This document shows positions 47,700 through 59,674 of a stretch of 64,000 bases of DNA, piece after piece. The stretch covers positions 176,700,001 through 176,764,000 of the forward strand of contig NC_091284.1 in the NCBI RefSeq assembly GCF_032444005.1, read 5' to 3'. Position 1 is the stretch's first letter; every line of letters starts with the position of its first letter. Below the pieces are notes generated by a model. The model was not told where the DNA came from, did no database searches, and saw nothing but the letters and a program-made list of their open reading frames with translations. The stretch comes from Ranitomeya imitator. Its lineage: Eukaryota. A program made the translations under genes and the position numbers.

Positions 47700-49790
47700 A
47701 TGGAGCGAAACTAAGAGTCTAATTGAGCCCATTGGGGCGAATGAAATCAATCTTGAAGATCCACCGAGTTTCGAGTTGTGCCAACTTTTTCTTGCTGTCA
47801 CCACCCCTCGTCAGGTAAGATACAGTCAATGCCACGAACCCTCAAAAGCCTGCTGTTGAATCCATGCATTAGTTTGAAATGCCTCACTATCGGTTTTAGC
47901 TGTTCAACAATCTGACACTCAGCAGCATTGTTGATATCGCGTACATGTCCCTCACCCTTACCCATAATGGATGGGAGGTGAGACCAACATATATTAACCC
48001 ACATGGGCATGTTGCTTAATAAATGGTGGGCGTGTTCACAGCGCTCTTTTCTTCCCCAGCTTTCCGTTGCATCGGTGGGGGCGGCCATCTTCCTGGGGCC
48101 GCGCGTGCGCAGATGGAGTGCTCTGCTGCACGGGGCTTCAGGAAAATGGCCGCGGGATGCCGCGCGTGCGCAGAAGAGATCGCGGCGGCCATTTTCCCAA
48201 AGCCGAGTTTGCATCTCGGCTTTGGGAAAATGGCCGCCGCGATCTCTAATGCGCACGCGCGGCATCCCGCGGCCATTTTCCTGAAGCCCCGTGCAGCAGA
48301 GCACTCCATCTGCGCACGCGCGGCCCCAGGAAGATGGCCGCCCCCACCGATGCAAGGGATTACAGCGCAGATCGCGTGCTGTGTCTTCACGTGGGCGCAG
48401 GGAATTCGGACCTTGGACATGCGCACACCACTACGCCACCAACGGAAAGCTGGGGAAGAAAAGAGCGCTGTGAACACGCCCACCTGACCAGACCAGCCTG
48501 ATTGACAGGCGAAAACGGCGACTTTGGTAATGTATTTCTCAGCATACATGGGGAATCAGGGTACACTACGTACACTATAGTAACGCACAGCGCAGGCCCT
48601 ATTTAACAGTATTTATAGCTCAATCTGAAAAAACGGGGTGACAGGTTCCCTTTAAAGGAAAAAGAGCGTTCCAGATTTTTGCAGGCCGTGCAATTCATAC
48701 ATGGAAAAAATCCCCATCATTGGTTCCCCACACCAAAAATTCCCTCTGGTTCATGACCCTTGTGGTAACTATGACAGAGAATGTCTCTTAGATTCCGACT
48801 TCTACGGTGTGTAATGGAGGGTGACGAAGAGATATGTTCAGCAAGAATTTGGTCCTGTCTAATCAAGGGCCAGTATTTCTCTAAAGCCATTCTAACAGCA
48901 GATGAATTGTTACAAAAGGTAGAAATAAATCTCACCTGGGTGTGGGATGGAGTTTTACATCTGCATTTCAAAAGGTCCTCTCTTTTCACAGTCGACGCTC
49001 TTCTCTGACATCTATCGATGGTACGTCTAGAGTATCCACGTTCTTCAAATCATCCGTATAGATCCACCACTTGCTTTTGATATGCACTCTCTTCAGAGCA
49101 GATCCGCTTGGCTCTAAGGAATTGGCCATACAGTATATTACGTTTGAGATGTGCAGGGTGGGCCGATGAGGCATGCAATAGGCTGTTCACAGCTGTTTCT
49201 TTCCAAAAAAGGTCACTTTGCAGGAAGCCGTCTCTACATCGTTGCGGCTGTAATGACAAATGAGTTTTATGCTATGGTAATTTCTATTCAGTTGTTCCAC
49301 AAACTGGAGGAGTTCGCCCTCAGTACTCTGCCATTCAGCAAAAATGTCATCAATATACCATGTCCATAGTAAGACCTTGGAGGCCAGGTATGTGGGGTCC
49401 ATGACGAAGGTTTACCTCTCCCACAGCCCCAGGAACAGACACACATAGGACGGCGCAAAGCCGCCCCCATGGCTGTCCCCTGGAGCTGTAGGGAGAGGGC
49501 CTCCTTGAAAATGAAGTAGTTGTGGGACAATGCAAACTCAAGAAGAGACAACAAGAATTTAACTAGCCGCTCATCCATATCAGTAGTATTAAGGAAGAAG
49601 TTGACGGCTTCAAGACCATCACTGTGACGAATTGAGGTGTAAAGTGATTCAACATCCAAAGTAAGTAACCACATGTCAGATTCCAGGTACACATTGGAGA
49701 TTTTTTAAAGTATATCCCCAGTGTCATTCAAGAATGAGAGGAGGGTCTCTACAATAGGTTTAAGATGATGATCCAATAGCTTACCTATCC
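47700..49790 (-). pseudogene. Upstream 5'-truncated Penelope copy (RT 3' half, GIY-YIG) with deletions
   Basis: Colinear with 34290-34800 and 16234-17269; lacks the G3 insertion. Confidence 0.9.
48025..48651. mobile_element. T2/Kolobok-type MITE, left end deleted, with a 289-bp palindrome
   Basis: gtgacaggttccct+TTAA right end; palindrome at 48067-48355. Confidence 0.75.
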
Positions 49791-49914
49791 TGTTCCTTCA
49801 GCATCCATTATGGGTCGAAGTCGGAATCTAAGAGACATTCTCTGTCATAGTTACCGCAAGGGTCATGAACCAGAGGGAATTTTTGGTGTGAGGAACCAAC
49901 AATGGGGATTTGTT

Positions 49915-50310
49915 GCACCACCTCTGGCTTTTTTAACAGCTTGCAGTCTCTGAGGCATGGACTTAATGAGTGTCAAACAGTACTCTTCATCAATCTGGCT
50001 CCAACTTTCTCTGATTGCTGTTGCCAGATCAGCTTTGCAGGTTGGAGCCTTTTCATGGACCATTTTCTTCAACTTCCACCAAAGATTTTCAATTGGATTG
50101 GGATCCGGACTATTTGCAGGCCATGACATTGACCTTATGTGTCTTTTTTCAAGGAATGTTTTCACAGTTTTTGCTCTATGGCAGGATGCATTATCATCTT
50201 GAAAAATGATTTCATCATCCCCAAACATCCTTTCAATTGATGGGATAAGAAAAGTGTCCAAAATATCAACATAAACTTGTGCATTTATTTAAGATGTAAT
50301 GACAGTCATC
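49915..50310 (-). pseudogene. Tc1 transposase C-terminal fragment
   Basis: FQDDNASCH...SPDPNPIENLW. Confidence 0.85.
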
Positions 50311-50547
50311 TTTTTTTGTTTTTTTGTCAGTTGTACAAAATAGTGTCCCATTCACACTCTACCGAGGTAGATGTAAAACCAATAAGGAGCACATAAGGTG
50401 CTAACTATTTACAATAAAAGTTTTTGGATCATTCACGGTTCGTGACCACACTGTCTCTTTAAACTCCAGTAAACGGTAATAAACATACCCAACCAGGTAA
50501 CAACTATTTGCATTCACTTTCCGCTGTTTCTTCTCTTAGTTTCTTTT

Positions 50548-52035
50548 CTAGGGCAGGTCCTGACGGCTGCCCAACCCTGTCCGGGGAATTTCAGGATGAA
50601 ATAGCGCAACGGGTGTGCCATACAGTGCAAGTAAAGTTGACTCTACCACTGGTGTCTGAGTGGCTTGAGTGCAATGGGTGACTGGCCTGGCCGTGCCTTC
50701 ATTGGCTGGGGTTTCTGCCTGGTCCACAGTTGTTGGTTTCTTTAACATGAGGGTACATTTTAGAACGTTCAAAGCATACCACCCCTTTTCACCAAAGTGG
50801 CGGGTGTAAGTGACCTGATCTCCCAGATGCAAGTCTCTATAGGGATGGCTGTCCAATAGGTGAGATTTGATAACTCGCCGGGTAACGAAGACGTCATTTA
50901 TCATGCCTGGCTCCTTAATAAAGCCCCATCTCTATAGGGATGGCTCTCCAATAGGTGAGATTTGATATCTCGCCGGGTAACGAAGACGTCATTTATCATG
51001 CCTGGCTCCTTAATAAAGCCCCATCCCTTTTTCTGATGAAAGGCTACCACCACCCCTTGCCGCAGCGGGCCTTGGTCAACACGCTTGCTCTTACGGGCTT
51101 GGGCTTTAGCCTGCAGGTTCCTCTTCTCCCTCTCTTCCTGCCAGGCCCTCCTTTCTGCATCATATTTTGCTGCCCGCCGCCTGTGATATTCTTCCCATGT
51201 GATAGCTGGGGTCTCCCCCTGGAGCTCAATCATATCAGCCCTCTGGGGACACCCTTTAAATAGCACCGGCTCAGCGCGCACCTCATGTGGCTCAGTCATT
51301 GGTGTCAGCAGGGTTGCCATCCTGTCCAGTATGCCAGGCATCTGGACCCAGGATACATTTCTGAATGCCCAGCTGGGTCTAGGGGCTGTCGGGGTTAGAA
51401 GTGGGCCTACTACAGTCCCATCGGTCACTGGACCAGGGTTGGTCACTGGAGCAGGGTCGGTCAGCGGAGCGGGGTCGGTCACCGAGGCAGGAAAGGTCAC
51501 AGTACCTGCTGTTGGTGTCTCACCAGTGCCGGTCTCCTCCTCCACTGGTGATGGAGACGTTGGCTGCTGAATGGGAGTCTGCTCCTCCACCTGCTCACCA
51601 CCGCCAGCTAAGTCTGCATGAGCTGGCAGGTCAGCTCCTCCACTTCCGCGCCCAGGAACTCCGGGTCCGTGACAGGTAGTTGATGGCCCAGATATTCTTC
51701 CCGTTTGCTGGGGGAATCCTCCACCTCCACCCCACACACCGGCACTGGCTCTCCTCCTTCCGCCATCACATCACCTGGGTGTGCTGCTCCTCTGGCTTCA
51801 GCACAGTTTCCCGCGTGTTCTCTCCACCATGTCTGTCTATGTGGGCGGTTTCTCTCCCTTCTTGGGCGGTTCCTCTTCCTTGGTATGGCATTTCTATTCA
51901 AGAGGCGTATCCCTCTGGCCGACAGACCGGTTCTTTTTGCATTGTAATCTTTACACTAAGCGGGTACAGCTTTTGTACCATTTAGAAATACAGTCCAAAA
52001 TAGGTGCACGGGACCCAGCTCACTGGGTCAGACAT
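50548..52035 (-). pseudogene. Decayed ORF: Pro/Thr-rich region, charged helix, cold-shock domain
   Basis: GVVVAFHQKKGWGFIKEPGMINDVFVTRR...LHLGDQVTY...GEKGWYALNV (RNP1 KGWGFI, RNP2 DVFV); 95-bp duplication causes a frameshift. Confidence 0.7.
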
Positions 52036-52036
52036 G

Positions 52037-52052
52037 CCTGTTCGTGACGCCA
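52037..52052 (-). promoter_or_regulatory. Primer-binding site, tRNA-Ser(CGA)
   Basis: TGGCGTCACGAACAGG complements the ...CCUGUUCGUGACGCCA 3' end of a vertebrate Ser(CGA) isodecoder (from memory). Confidence 0.75.
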
Positions 52053-53259
52053 AAATGGAGCACCCACCAGGGCCGTGGGAATACTCGGTACTGGGCCGGT
52101 TCTTAAAGGGATGAGTCACGGCAGCAGTGACCCGGTCTATGACCCTAGGTGTGCAATAAAAGAGTCAATGAAATTAAAGGGGAAAGTAAAGTTTATAGGG
52201 GATTTGTTCGTGATGCCACCAATGGAGTTCGGTCAATATGGCCAATGCTGCAGTTCAGATCCACTGGGGCAGTTGGTGATGCAGCAAAATGTTTTAGCTC
52301 TCCATGGGCAGAGCTAGTCCCCAGGAGAGATATAGGTGTTAATTGTGATGATGGTGGTTGTGCTAGTTGTAGCACAGGGCAAGTGGCACAGGAATAATTC
52401 AGAGGACACAGCTGGGTGCAGTTTTCAATGCTTAACTCACAGTTCTGCAGATTACTGTCTCCAGCCGTGTGCTGTGTCCTTCGGGTCTGTGGTCCAGCCA
52501 AGATGATTTGGGATACACTTCTCTCTTTTGTTCCTTTCCTGTCCGTCTCACTGCGCTGGTTCCCACCTCTCCTGCCCTGCACCTTCACACACAGTGTCCC
52601 ATGCCAGCAGCCGCGGACCTTGTCGGGCGACCTCTACTGAGTCCCCTTGCTCCTATATGGCTGCCTTTTAGCTAATGTGTATGGATGTTGCTGTGGCTCC
52701 TACAGCTGCCACAGCCTCCGGCTTGCTAGCTGAGTCTTGCAGTCCTCCACTAGTCTTGGGGGACGGTTCCACACTGTGACCTGGTCCCTCCACCTGGCAA
52801 TGGCCAGCGTGGATGCGAGCCCCACGGGTGGATTGCTCACTATCCATGCTCCTAGGACCCCTTCTTTCTCACTTCCTGTAGCTTCTCTCCTTGTCTTCTG
52901 GTGCTGGGACGAGTTCCTCTCTGCTCAAGTCCCCAGCTCCAACTGACTTGCACATCTGCTCTGCTCTCCTCCTCCCCACAGACTGACTAACTTTCTAGAC
53001 CTTTCCTGACTCCTCCTACTGTTTCCATGACAACTCTACTCTCTCCACCCACACCCTCTACCTAGTAACCCTCTTCTGACTGGGATAAGGCCATCCTCCC
53101 ATAGGGTACTTCCAGGTGCCTTGACTGGAGTGGTGAGGTGTTGGATGCTGGTGTTAGAGTCCTGGGTAGTGCCCCCTCCTTACCTGAGAGTGGGATACCA
53201 CACCTCTGGATGAGGTGCAGTACCTATGTGGCGACTGAACCCTCAGGGGCGCCACACGT

Positions 53260-54300
53260 GTAATAGCAATTTTCCCCACCACTTCCACTCATAACTCATC
53301 AACGTATCCTATAATACATTCATATGCCAGTTCTATAAGATTAAGAACCACAAGCCAAAATGTATATAATTGCGGGTAAGGCCATAACATATGAAATATT
53401 CCTGCTTCCTCCCCAGAGTAATGCTGGCAATTAGTTTGGTCTGATGCCCATTTTGAACTGTTAGGTTGAACAATTTATAAATATTCACTTCAGTTGCCTA
53501 CTCCTGGCCTAATGGATATTGATCAGGTGTACACTAAAGAAATAACATATGACACACACAGTCAGATGTAAATTATCCTTGATCAATCTATGGCTCAGCT
53601 CCAAGGGGCTTTATTCAGTCAGGACACAAGTTTATATATCCCCTGTAAGGGGGGCTCGGTTAGCTTTAAAATGGGAGTGATCGGTTGCATTCCATTGGTT
53701 AGTGGGTTGGGCAATGAGCAAGTCCATGGGAGGATCCATGAGGTCATCAGGGTGGGTTGGTCCATGAGGTCATCAAGGTGGGCGTCACCGTGGGTTGGTC
53801 CATGAGGTTATCAGGGTGGGCGTTATCTTGGATATCAGCACATGGTCTGCTGATACAGGAAATGGCAGCCATCTTTAATGTCTTACTTTCATCTGAAAAA
53901 GCTTATGTAAGGTTAAACAATACATGTTATGGGTTGCTTCTCTCAACCTCTTATGTCTTGAGGTTAGTTAAGTATTTGATCTTATGTCTCTTCAACAGAA
54001 CAACACCACTGGTGATCTGTGTTCTCTATGTAAAACATACAGCAGTGAGAGTCTACCAGTTTCGCCTAATAAAAGACTAGGGATATTTTGCAGGATAGAG
54101 GACCACCTATCCTTAGACTTGACCCCCAACTCCAATTCCCATTTTTGTTTAACCACCAAAAGGAATTTTTTCAGAAACACAAATAGCAAGTCATCATATA
54201 TGCAATACATTGCTCCCTTAGTAACCCCTGCTGAACAAATAGTGTCTAAAGTAATATCTTTCTGAGCCACAAAATTATTTAACTTGCATTGTGCTTTATA
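53260..54300 (-). mobile_element. Decayed L1/Tx1-type ORF2 C-terminal fragment
   Basis: KWELELG..WSSIL..RLSLLYVLHR..SPVVLF resembles the post-RT region of vertebrate L1 ORF2. Confidence 0.55.
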
Positions 54301-54334
54301 TACATGCTTAAATTGGAAGTATTGACGTAAACCA

Positions 54335-55109
54335 CTGTATTTTACGAACTAAAGTGCACCGGACCATAAGACGCACCAAAGTTTTAGAGGAGGAAAATAG
54401 AAAAAATCTTGATGCAAAAAATGTAATCATGACACTGTTATGGGGGGGAGCTGATAACAATGCTATAGGGGTAATATCCCCGATCCTGGTATATATGCCT
54501 CCTCATCCTTTTATATATGCCCCCTCATCCTGATATACATGGTTCACCATCATGGTTTACCTGGTCCCCCATCATGGTATACATGGCCCTCTCATCCCCG
54601 TCCTGGTATTCATGGCCCCCTTATCCCCAGCCTGGTATACATGGCCCTCTCATCCCCGTCCTGGTATACATTGCCTTCTCATTCCCGTCCTGGTATACAT
54701 GGCCCTCTCATCCCCGTCCTGGTATACATGGCCCTCTCATCCCTGTCCTGGTATACATGCCCCATCACGCTGCACAAACAAAAAAAAAAATTCTACTTCT
54801 CTTCCTTTGGCGTCCTGTTCAGATGCCAGCCGCTGTCTGCAGCGTGTAAGCAGCGCATGATGTCACTGCCATGCCGAGATCAGCTGCCGGAATATTCCCT
54901 GTTCCCCAGCTAACATTGTTCACAGCAGACACAGTGTTAGCTGCAGCAGCCGGCTCCTGCCTCCTGTGCTCGTCTGCCCATGCTGCTCCTCTCCCTTCCA
55001 CAGCGACAGGGGACACATATATGGTATATCCAGACTATAAGACGCAACCCCCGACTTTCCTCCAAAATTTTGGAGGAGAAAAGTGCGTCTTATAGTCTGA
55101 AAAATAAGG
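54335..55109. mobile_element. pogo/Tigger-like MITE with about 30-bp minisatellite (54575-54755)
   Basis: ctgtatttt..tataagacgcacc / gtgcgtcttatag..aaaataagg+TA ends; ggtatacatggccctctcatccccgtcct repeats. Confidence 0.65.
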
Positions 55110-55306
55110 TACTTTAAGGCAGGTTAAATTCCTCCTGGGTTTGAGTACATCATTACTGATTAAAAATATAAAAGTCCCATGGACCTCCAATGTCAAAGCT
55201 CAGATAACTTCGCAAATTCTGGGAGATATTTGTTATTCCACATGGTTGAATATATTGTATAGAATTCTATTTTTCTAGTTTGTTTAACCTTAGACCAAAC
55301 TTTATA

Positions 55307-55837
55307 CAGCTCTGGCAAAAATTAAGAGACCACTGCAAAATGTTCAGTTTGTCTGATTTTTCTCTTTATAGGTATATTTTTGAGTAAAATGTAAATTGTT
55401 CTTTTATTCTATAAACTTCTGATAACATGTCTCCTAATTTCCAAGCAATACATTTTGGGTTTTTTTTGTGAAAAAGAAAAATGGTCAAATTTTTTTTTAA
55501 AAAGCCCAGTGCTTTCAGACCTTAAATGATGCAAAGAAAACAAGTTCATAATCATTTAGAAACAACAATACTAATGATTTACCTCAGGAAGAGTTCAAAA
55601 TCAATACTGTGGAATAACCATGATTTTTAATCACAGCTTTTATGCGTCTTGTCATGCTTTCCATCAGTCTTTCACACTGCTTCTGGCGCAAAAATGTAAG
55701 CAGTTCTTCTTTGTTTGATGGCTTGACTATCCATCATCCTCTTGATTACACTCCAGAGGTTTTCAATGGGTTTCCGTCCTGGAGATTGGGCTGGCCATGA
55801 TAAGGTTTTGGTGGTCTCTTAGTTTTTGCCAGAGCCG
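55307..55837 (-). mobile_element. Internally deleted Tc1 derivative
   Basis: TA TSD, cagctctggcaaaaattaagagaccac TIRs, transposase 3' remnant. Confidence 0.85.
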
Positions 55838-56063
55838 TATCTTAAGGCCCAATAAAGCATTGCTTCTAGTAAAGCATATCTCAGTACACATTGTGTAGAT
55901 AAGAAACGTTGCAATATTTTCTCAGAGAAATAAGCTTCTCTCCCCACTTATCAGTCACTTTTTATCTGGTGCACTGATCATTCACTTTCAAAAACTGCTC
56001 AAATATGTCTCAAGTAGGGATAAAATTGCACCTGCTGCTATAACAAAACAGCAACTGTTATTA

Positions 56064-56451
56064 GGCTACGTCCCCATGGTCAGTAATTGGCAGTGCTTTG
56101 GACGTAGCACATGTCTTCTGTGTCCAAAGCGCTGCTGGCTTTTGAACGCAGGTGATTCCACACGTGTTCATTGAACCATGCGGAATCACCGCGCCCTATA
56201 CATTGGACCGGTGATATTTATCTTGCGGAGACTGAGCGTCTCCACAAAATCAATAGACATTGTGCGTTCTGAAAAAAACCGCCACATGTCTGTCTCAGCA
56301 GGGAAGCCGTGGGCGCCGGTGCACGCATAGTAGACATGGGATATCTTGAAATCCCATCCACTATGCTGTAACATCTGGCCACTGTGGTTTGGACGTTGTG
56401 GATGTACGCAGCATCCAATCCGCAGCATCTACTGACTGTGGGAACATACCC
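56064..56451. mobile_element. Harbinger-type MITE
   Basis: Imperfect TIRs with tta/tca flanks. Confidence 0.65.
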
Positions 56452-56479
56452 TCAGAAATTTGCATGAAATGCAATATGT

Positions 56480-57900
56480 TTATTTAAAAAAAAATTTTAA
56501 AAAAATTGCGTGGGCTCCCGCGTAATTTTAATAACCAGCAGAGGAAAAGCCGATGGCTGAGGGCTGATGTTAATATTCTGGGAAGGAGCCAATAGTCATA
56601 AAGGTTCCCAGGCTATTAATATCAGCTCACAGCTGTTTGCTTAGCCTTTACTGGCTAGTTTACAGGGGAACTCCAGAAAAAAATTGACTTGGGGTCCCCT
56701 ATAAAATCAAACCAACAAAGACTAGGCAGATAGATGTGGGCTAATATTAATAGCCTGGGAAGGGGCCATGGATATTGTCCCCCCCAGGCTAAAAACATCA
56801 GCTCTCAGTCACCCCAGAAAAGGCACATCTCTAAGATGCGCCAATACTGGCACTTAGCCTTGCTCTTCCCACTTGCTCTGTAGCAGTGGCAAGTGTGGTA
56901 ATATTTATGGGGCTGATGTCACCTTTGTATTGTCAGGTAACATCAAACCCAGATTTAGTAATGGAGAAGCGTCTATAAGACAACTATCCATTGCTAATCC
57001 AATAGTTACATGGTAAATAAAGACACGGCCAGAATAAAGATCCTGTATTTGGAATAATCACACATACTCCTTCATTGATTCTTAGTTAACCATACTTACT
57101 GAATGCCTAATTCCCGACGCCCTCATTCTCCTGCAACAAAATAAAATAACAAACCAACATATAATACTCCCTGTCTGACGTAGTCCATTTAATAACGAGT
57201 GTCCCATAACGATCTCACTTGTAGAACAGTCAAATCAGGAGATGTGACTGCTCTACCCGGCCTCCGGCAATACACTGACAGGAGATAATCTCTCCTGCAG
57301 TGTATCACTGATAGTTCACAGGAGTTCATCCGCTTCGGTACTGTCACTTACGGCACTGCTGCGTGGGAAAGTTCTCACACAGCACTAGTGCCGTAAGTGA
57401 CAGCACCGGAGCTGATCAGCTGATACACTGCGGGAGATATTACCTCCTTTCAGTGTATCGCCGGAGGCCGGGTAGAGCGGTCACATCTCCTGATGTGACT
57501 GTTCTACACGTGAGATCACTGTGGGACACTCGAATTACCTGGACAACGGTGGACAGAGAGTATATGCTGGTTTATTATTTTACATTATTTCTAGGAGATG
57601 AAGGCGTTGGGGATTTGGTGTGAGGTGAGTATAATTGGTTTTTATTTTTATGTTAATATGTATGTAATTTTACTTTTTTTTTACTGTGAGCACAGGCGCC
57701 GACAGATGATACTACTCTCCATCAGCGGCACCTGCTGTCACTGTTATCAGTGACAGCAGACATAACCGGATGGGATCAGTAGTATCATCGGCCCACGCCT
57801 GCTTTTTTACCACAGGTCACTGCTGCGGGTCACAGTCAGCTGTGGAATCACGCTGACATCTGCCAGCATAATCCCACAGCGCTGTGATCGACAGTACCGG
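56480..57900. mobile_element. Internal part of a large non-autonomous DNA element with an about 550-bp imperfect palindrome (57085-57640)
   Basis: Inverted arms centred near 57372; termini not found. Confidence 0.55.
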
Positions 57901-57914
57901 CGGGAGTGTTACTG

Positions 57915-58045
57915 CACACACAGACACCCGCACACAGACACCTGCACACACACAGATACCCGCACACAGGCACACAGACACCCACACACACATATACCCG
58001 CACAAACACCCACACACACAGACATCCGCAGACAGACACGCACAT
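57915..58045. repeat. CA-rich degenerate microsatellite
   Basis: (CACA/CAGA)n composition. Confidence 0.85.
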
Positions 58046-58517
58046 ATTCTCCACTCACATATATTGTCTCCACCCCAGGGCCGGCTCCAGGCTTTTGAGG
58101 GCCCCGGGGCAAAAGAGTCTCAGTGGGCCCCCCTTTAGCACATACCACGATTCATGATGCACAGATACAGCAGAGAAATATAGGTATAGTATAATGCCAG
58201 ATTTCACTTCTTACATGAGTGATAGCTATTGTAAATTCTACAATACCATACAGCAGCGGGGCTTTATATAAGTCAAGCCCTTATATGCCAATTTTTGTGA
58301 CCTCCTCTTCCTCAGTTACCAGTAGGCATTTTATTGCTAGCTGAACTTGCTGCATACATTGAATATGACAATTTTTTAATGGAAAGGAAAAACACCGCAT
58401 GCACAACCTCAGAAGGTGCTCAAGTAGGGCCCCACACCATACATGTATAATAAACAAAACTTGGCCCTCAACTTCTAAAATATTTTTGGATTTTTTTAAT
58501 GCAGCCAGAAAATAATA

Positions 58518-58550
58518 TAGACGTTTCGGCCTCACTGGCCTTCATCAGTA
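58518..58550 (-). ncRNA. Orphan minimal hammerhead ribozyme motif
   Basis: ta-CUGAUGA-A-ggcc(aguga)ggcc-GAAA-cg-UC-ua; stem I only 2 bp. Confidence 0.6.
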
Positions 58551-59137
58551 ACAGACTGCAGTATAATGGTTAATCGCGTTCAGTGCGATAATAGGAGTGA
58601 CACCATAGTCACTTTAAATGTATCTGGTCATGCACTAGGCGCTGGGCATGGAGCCTGTATAAGATAGTACCTGGGTGGGTGGGGGAGCCAGCGTGCAGTC
58701 ATCAGTGATGCGGTATCCACTAGTGGCAAGATATGATCAGCAATTAGTAAATCTTTCTAGATCGGTGTTCACTTACATGCCTGTTTACACAGGCAGACTG
58801 CAGTAATCGATGCGCACTGATCGATCTGTAATAGATCACTCAGTGCGCATAGGCTGCCATGACTTTCGGCAGTGCAAGTCCTGACTACTACCCAGGATGA
58901 TGCACTGCCAAGAACAATGATTTTGTGCACTGTGCAAAAGATAATTTCACCCAATAAATGGCCATTTTGCTTGTTCAACGGATGATCGGCAGCCTGTTTA
59001 CAGTGAAAGCTAATTGTGAAATGAACATTCTTAAGAATACTCGTTCAAGGTTATCTTTCAGTGTAAATGCAGTTTAACTAAACAATTACAAGAAAATTTG
59101 ACAAACGAGCTTTGTCTTTGAGTAAAACACACATTTA

Positions 59138-59332
59138 GGCTGCCGTCACACTAGCAGTATTTGGTCAGTATTTTACATCAGTATTTGTAAGCCAAAACCA
59201 GGAGTGGATGATAAATGCAGAAGTGGTGCATATGTTTCTATTATACTTTTCCTCTAATTGTTCCTATCCTGGTTTTGGCTTACAAATACTGATGTAAAAT
59301 ACTGACCAAATACTGCTAGTGTGACGGCAACC
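59138..59332. mobile_element. Harbinger MITE with long near-perfect TIRs
   Basis: About 65-bp inverted arms; tta/ata flanks. Confidence 0.85.
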
Positions 59333-59335
59333 ATA

Positions 59336-59674
59336 GGCTGGGTTCACATTGCATTAATAGCAGCCTGTTAAACACATACGTTAACGGGCTGCTGTTAACT
59401 CAAGTGTCATTATGGCAGTACGCTAGCGCAGATAGAGCATCTGCTAGCTCTATCTGCGCTAGCAGTGACGGACCCGGAAACCATGCAGCCCGCGTCTCGG
59501 GGTCCGTCACTCAATGACGGCACATGGCTAGCGCACGCCCATTGTGGGCGTGCGCTAGCGATGCATCTGACATTGCATTCAATGGTGGCGTTACCGGACT
59601 ACGTTACACCGCGTTATGCCACGGTGTAACGTAGTCCGTCTAACGGACACCATGAACGCAATGTGAACCCAGCC
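59336..59674. mobile_element. Second Harbinger MITE
   Basis: ggctgggttcacattgc TIRs; ata/tta flanks. Confidence 0.85.

Larger units (their letters stand above)
50330..53256 (-). mobile_element. 3'-truncated LTR element with tRNA-Ser(CGA) PBS and a cold-shock-domain ORF
   Basis: 1.2-kb TG...CA LTR-like segment 52056-53256, PBS at 52037-52052, ATG at 52035. No 3' LTR seen. Confidence 0.75.

Noticed and set aside
47798-48549. Mirror-image ORFs on both strands
   Set aside because: Produced by the GC-rich MITE palindrome.
53999-54250. Plus-strand exon after tcttcaacag
   Set aside because: The opposite strand reads as an L1-type ORF2 remnant, which explains the open frame.
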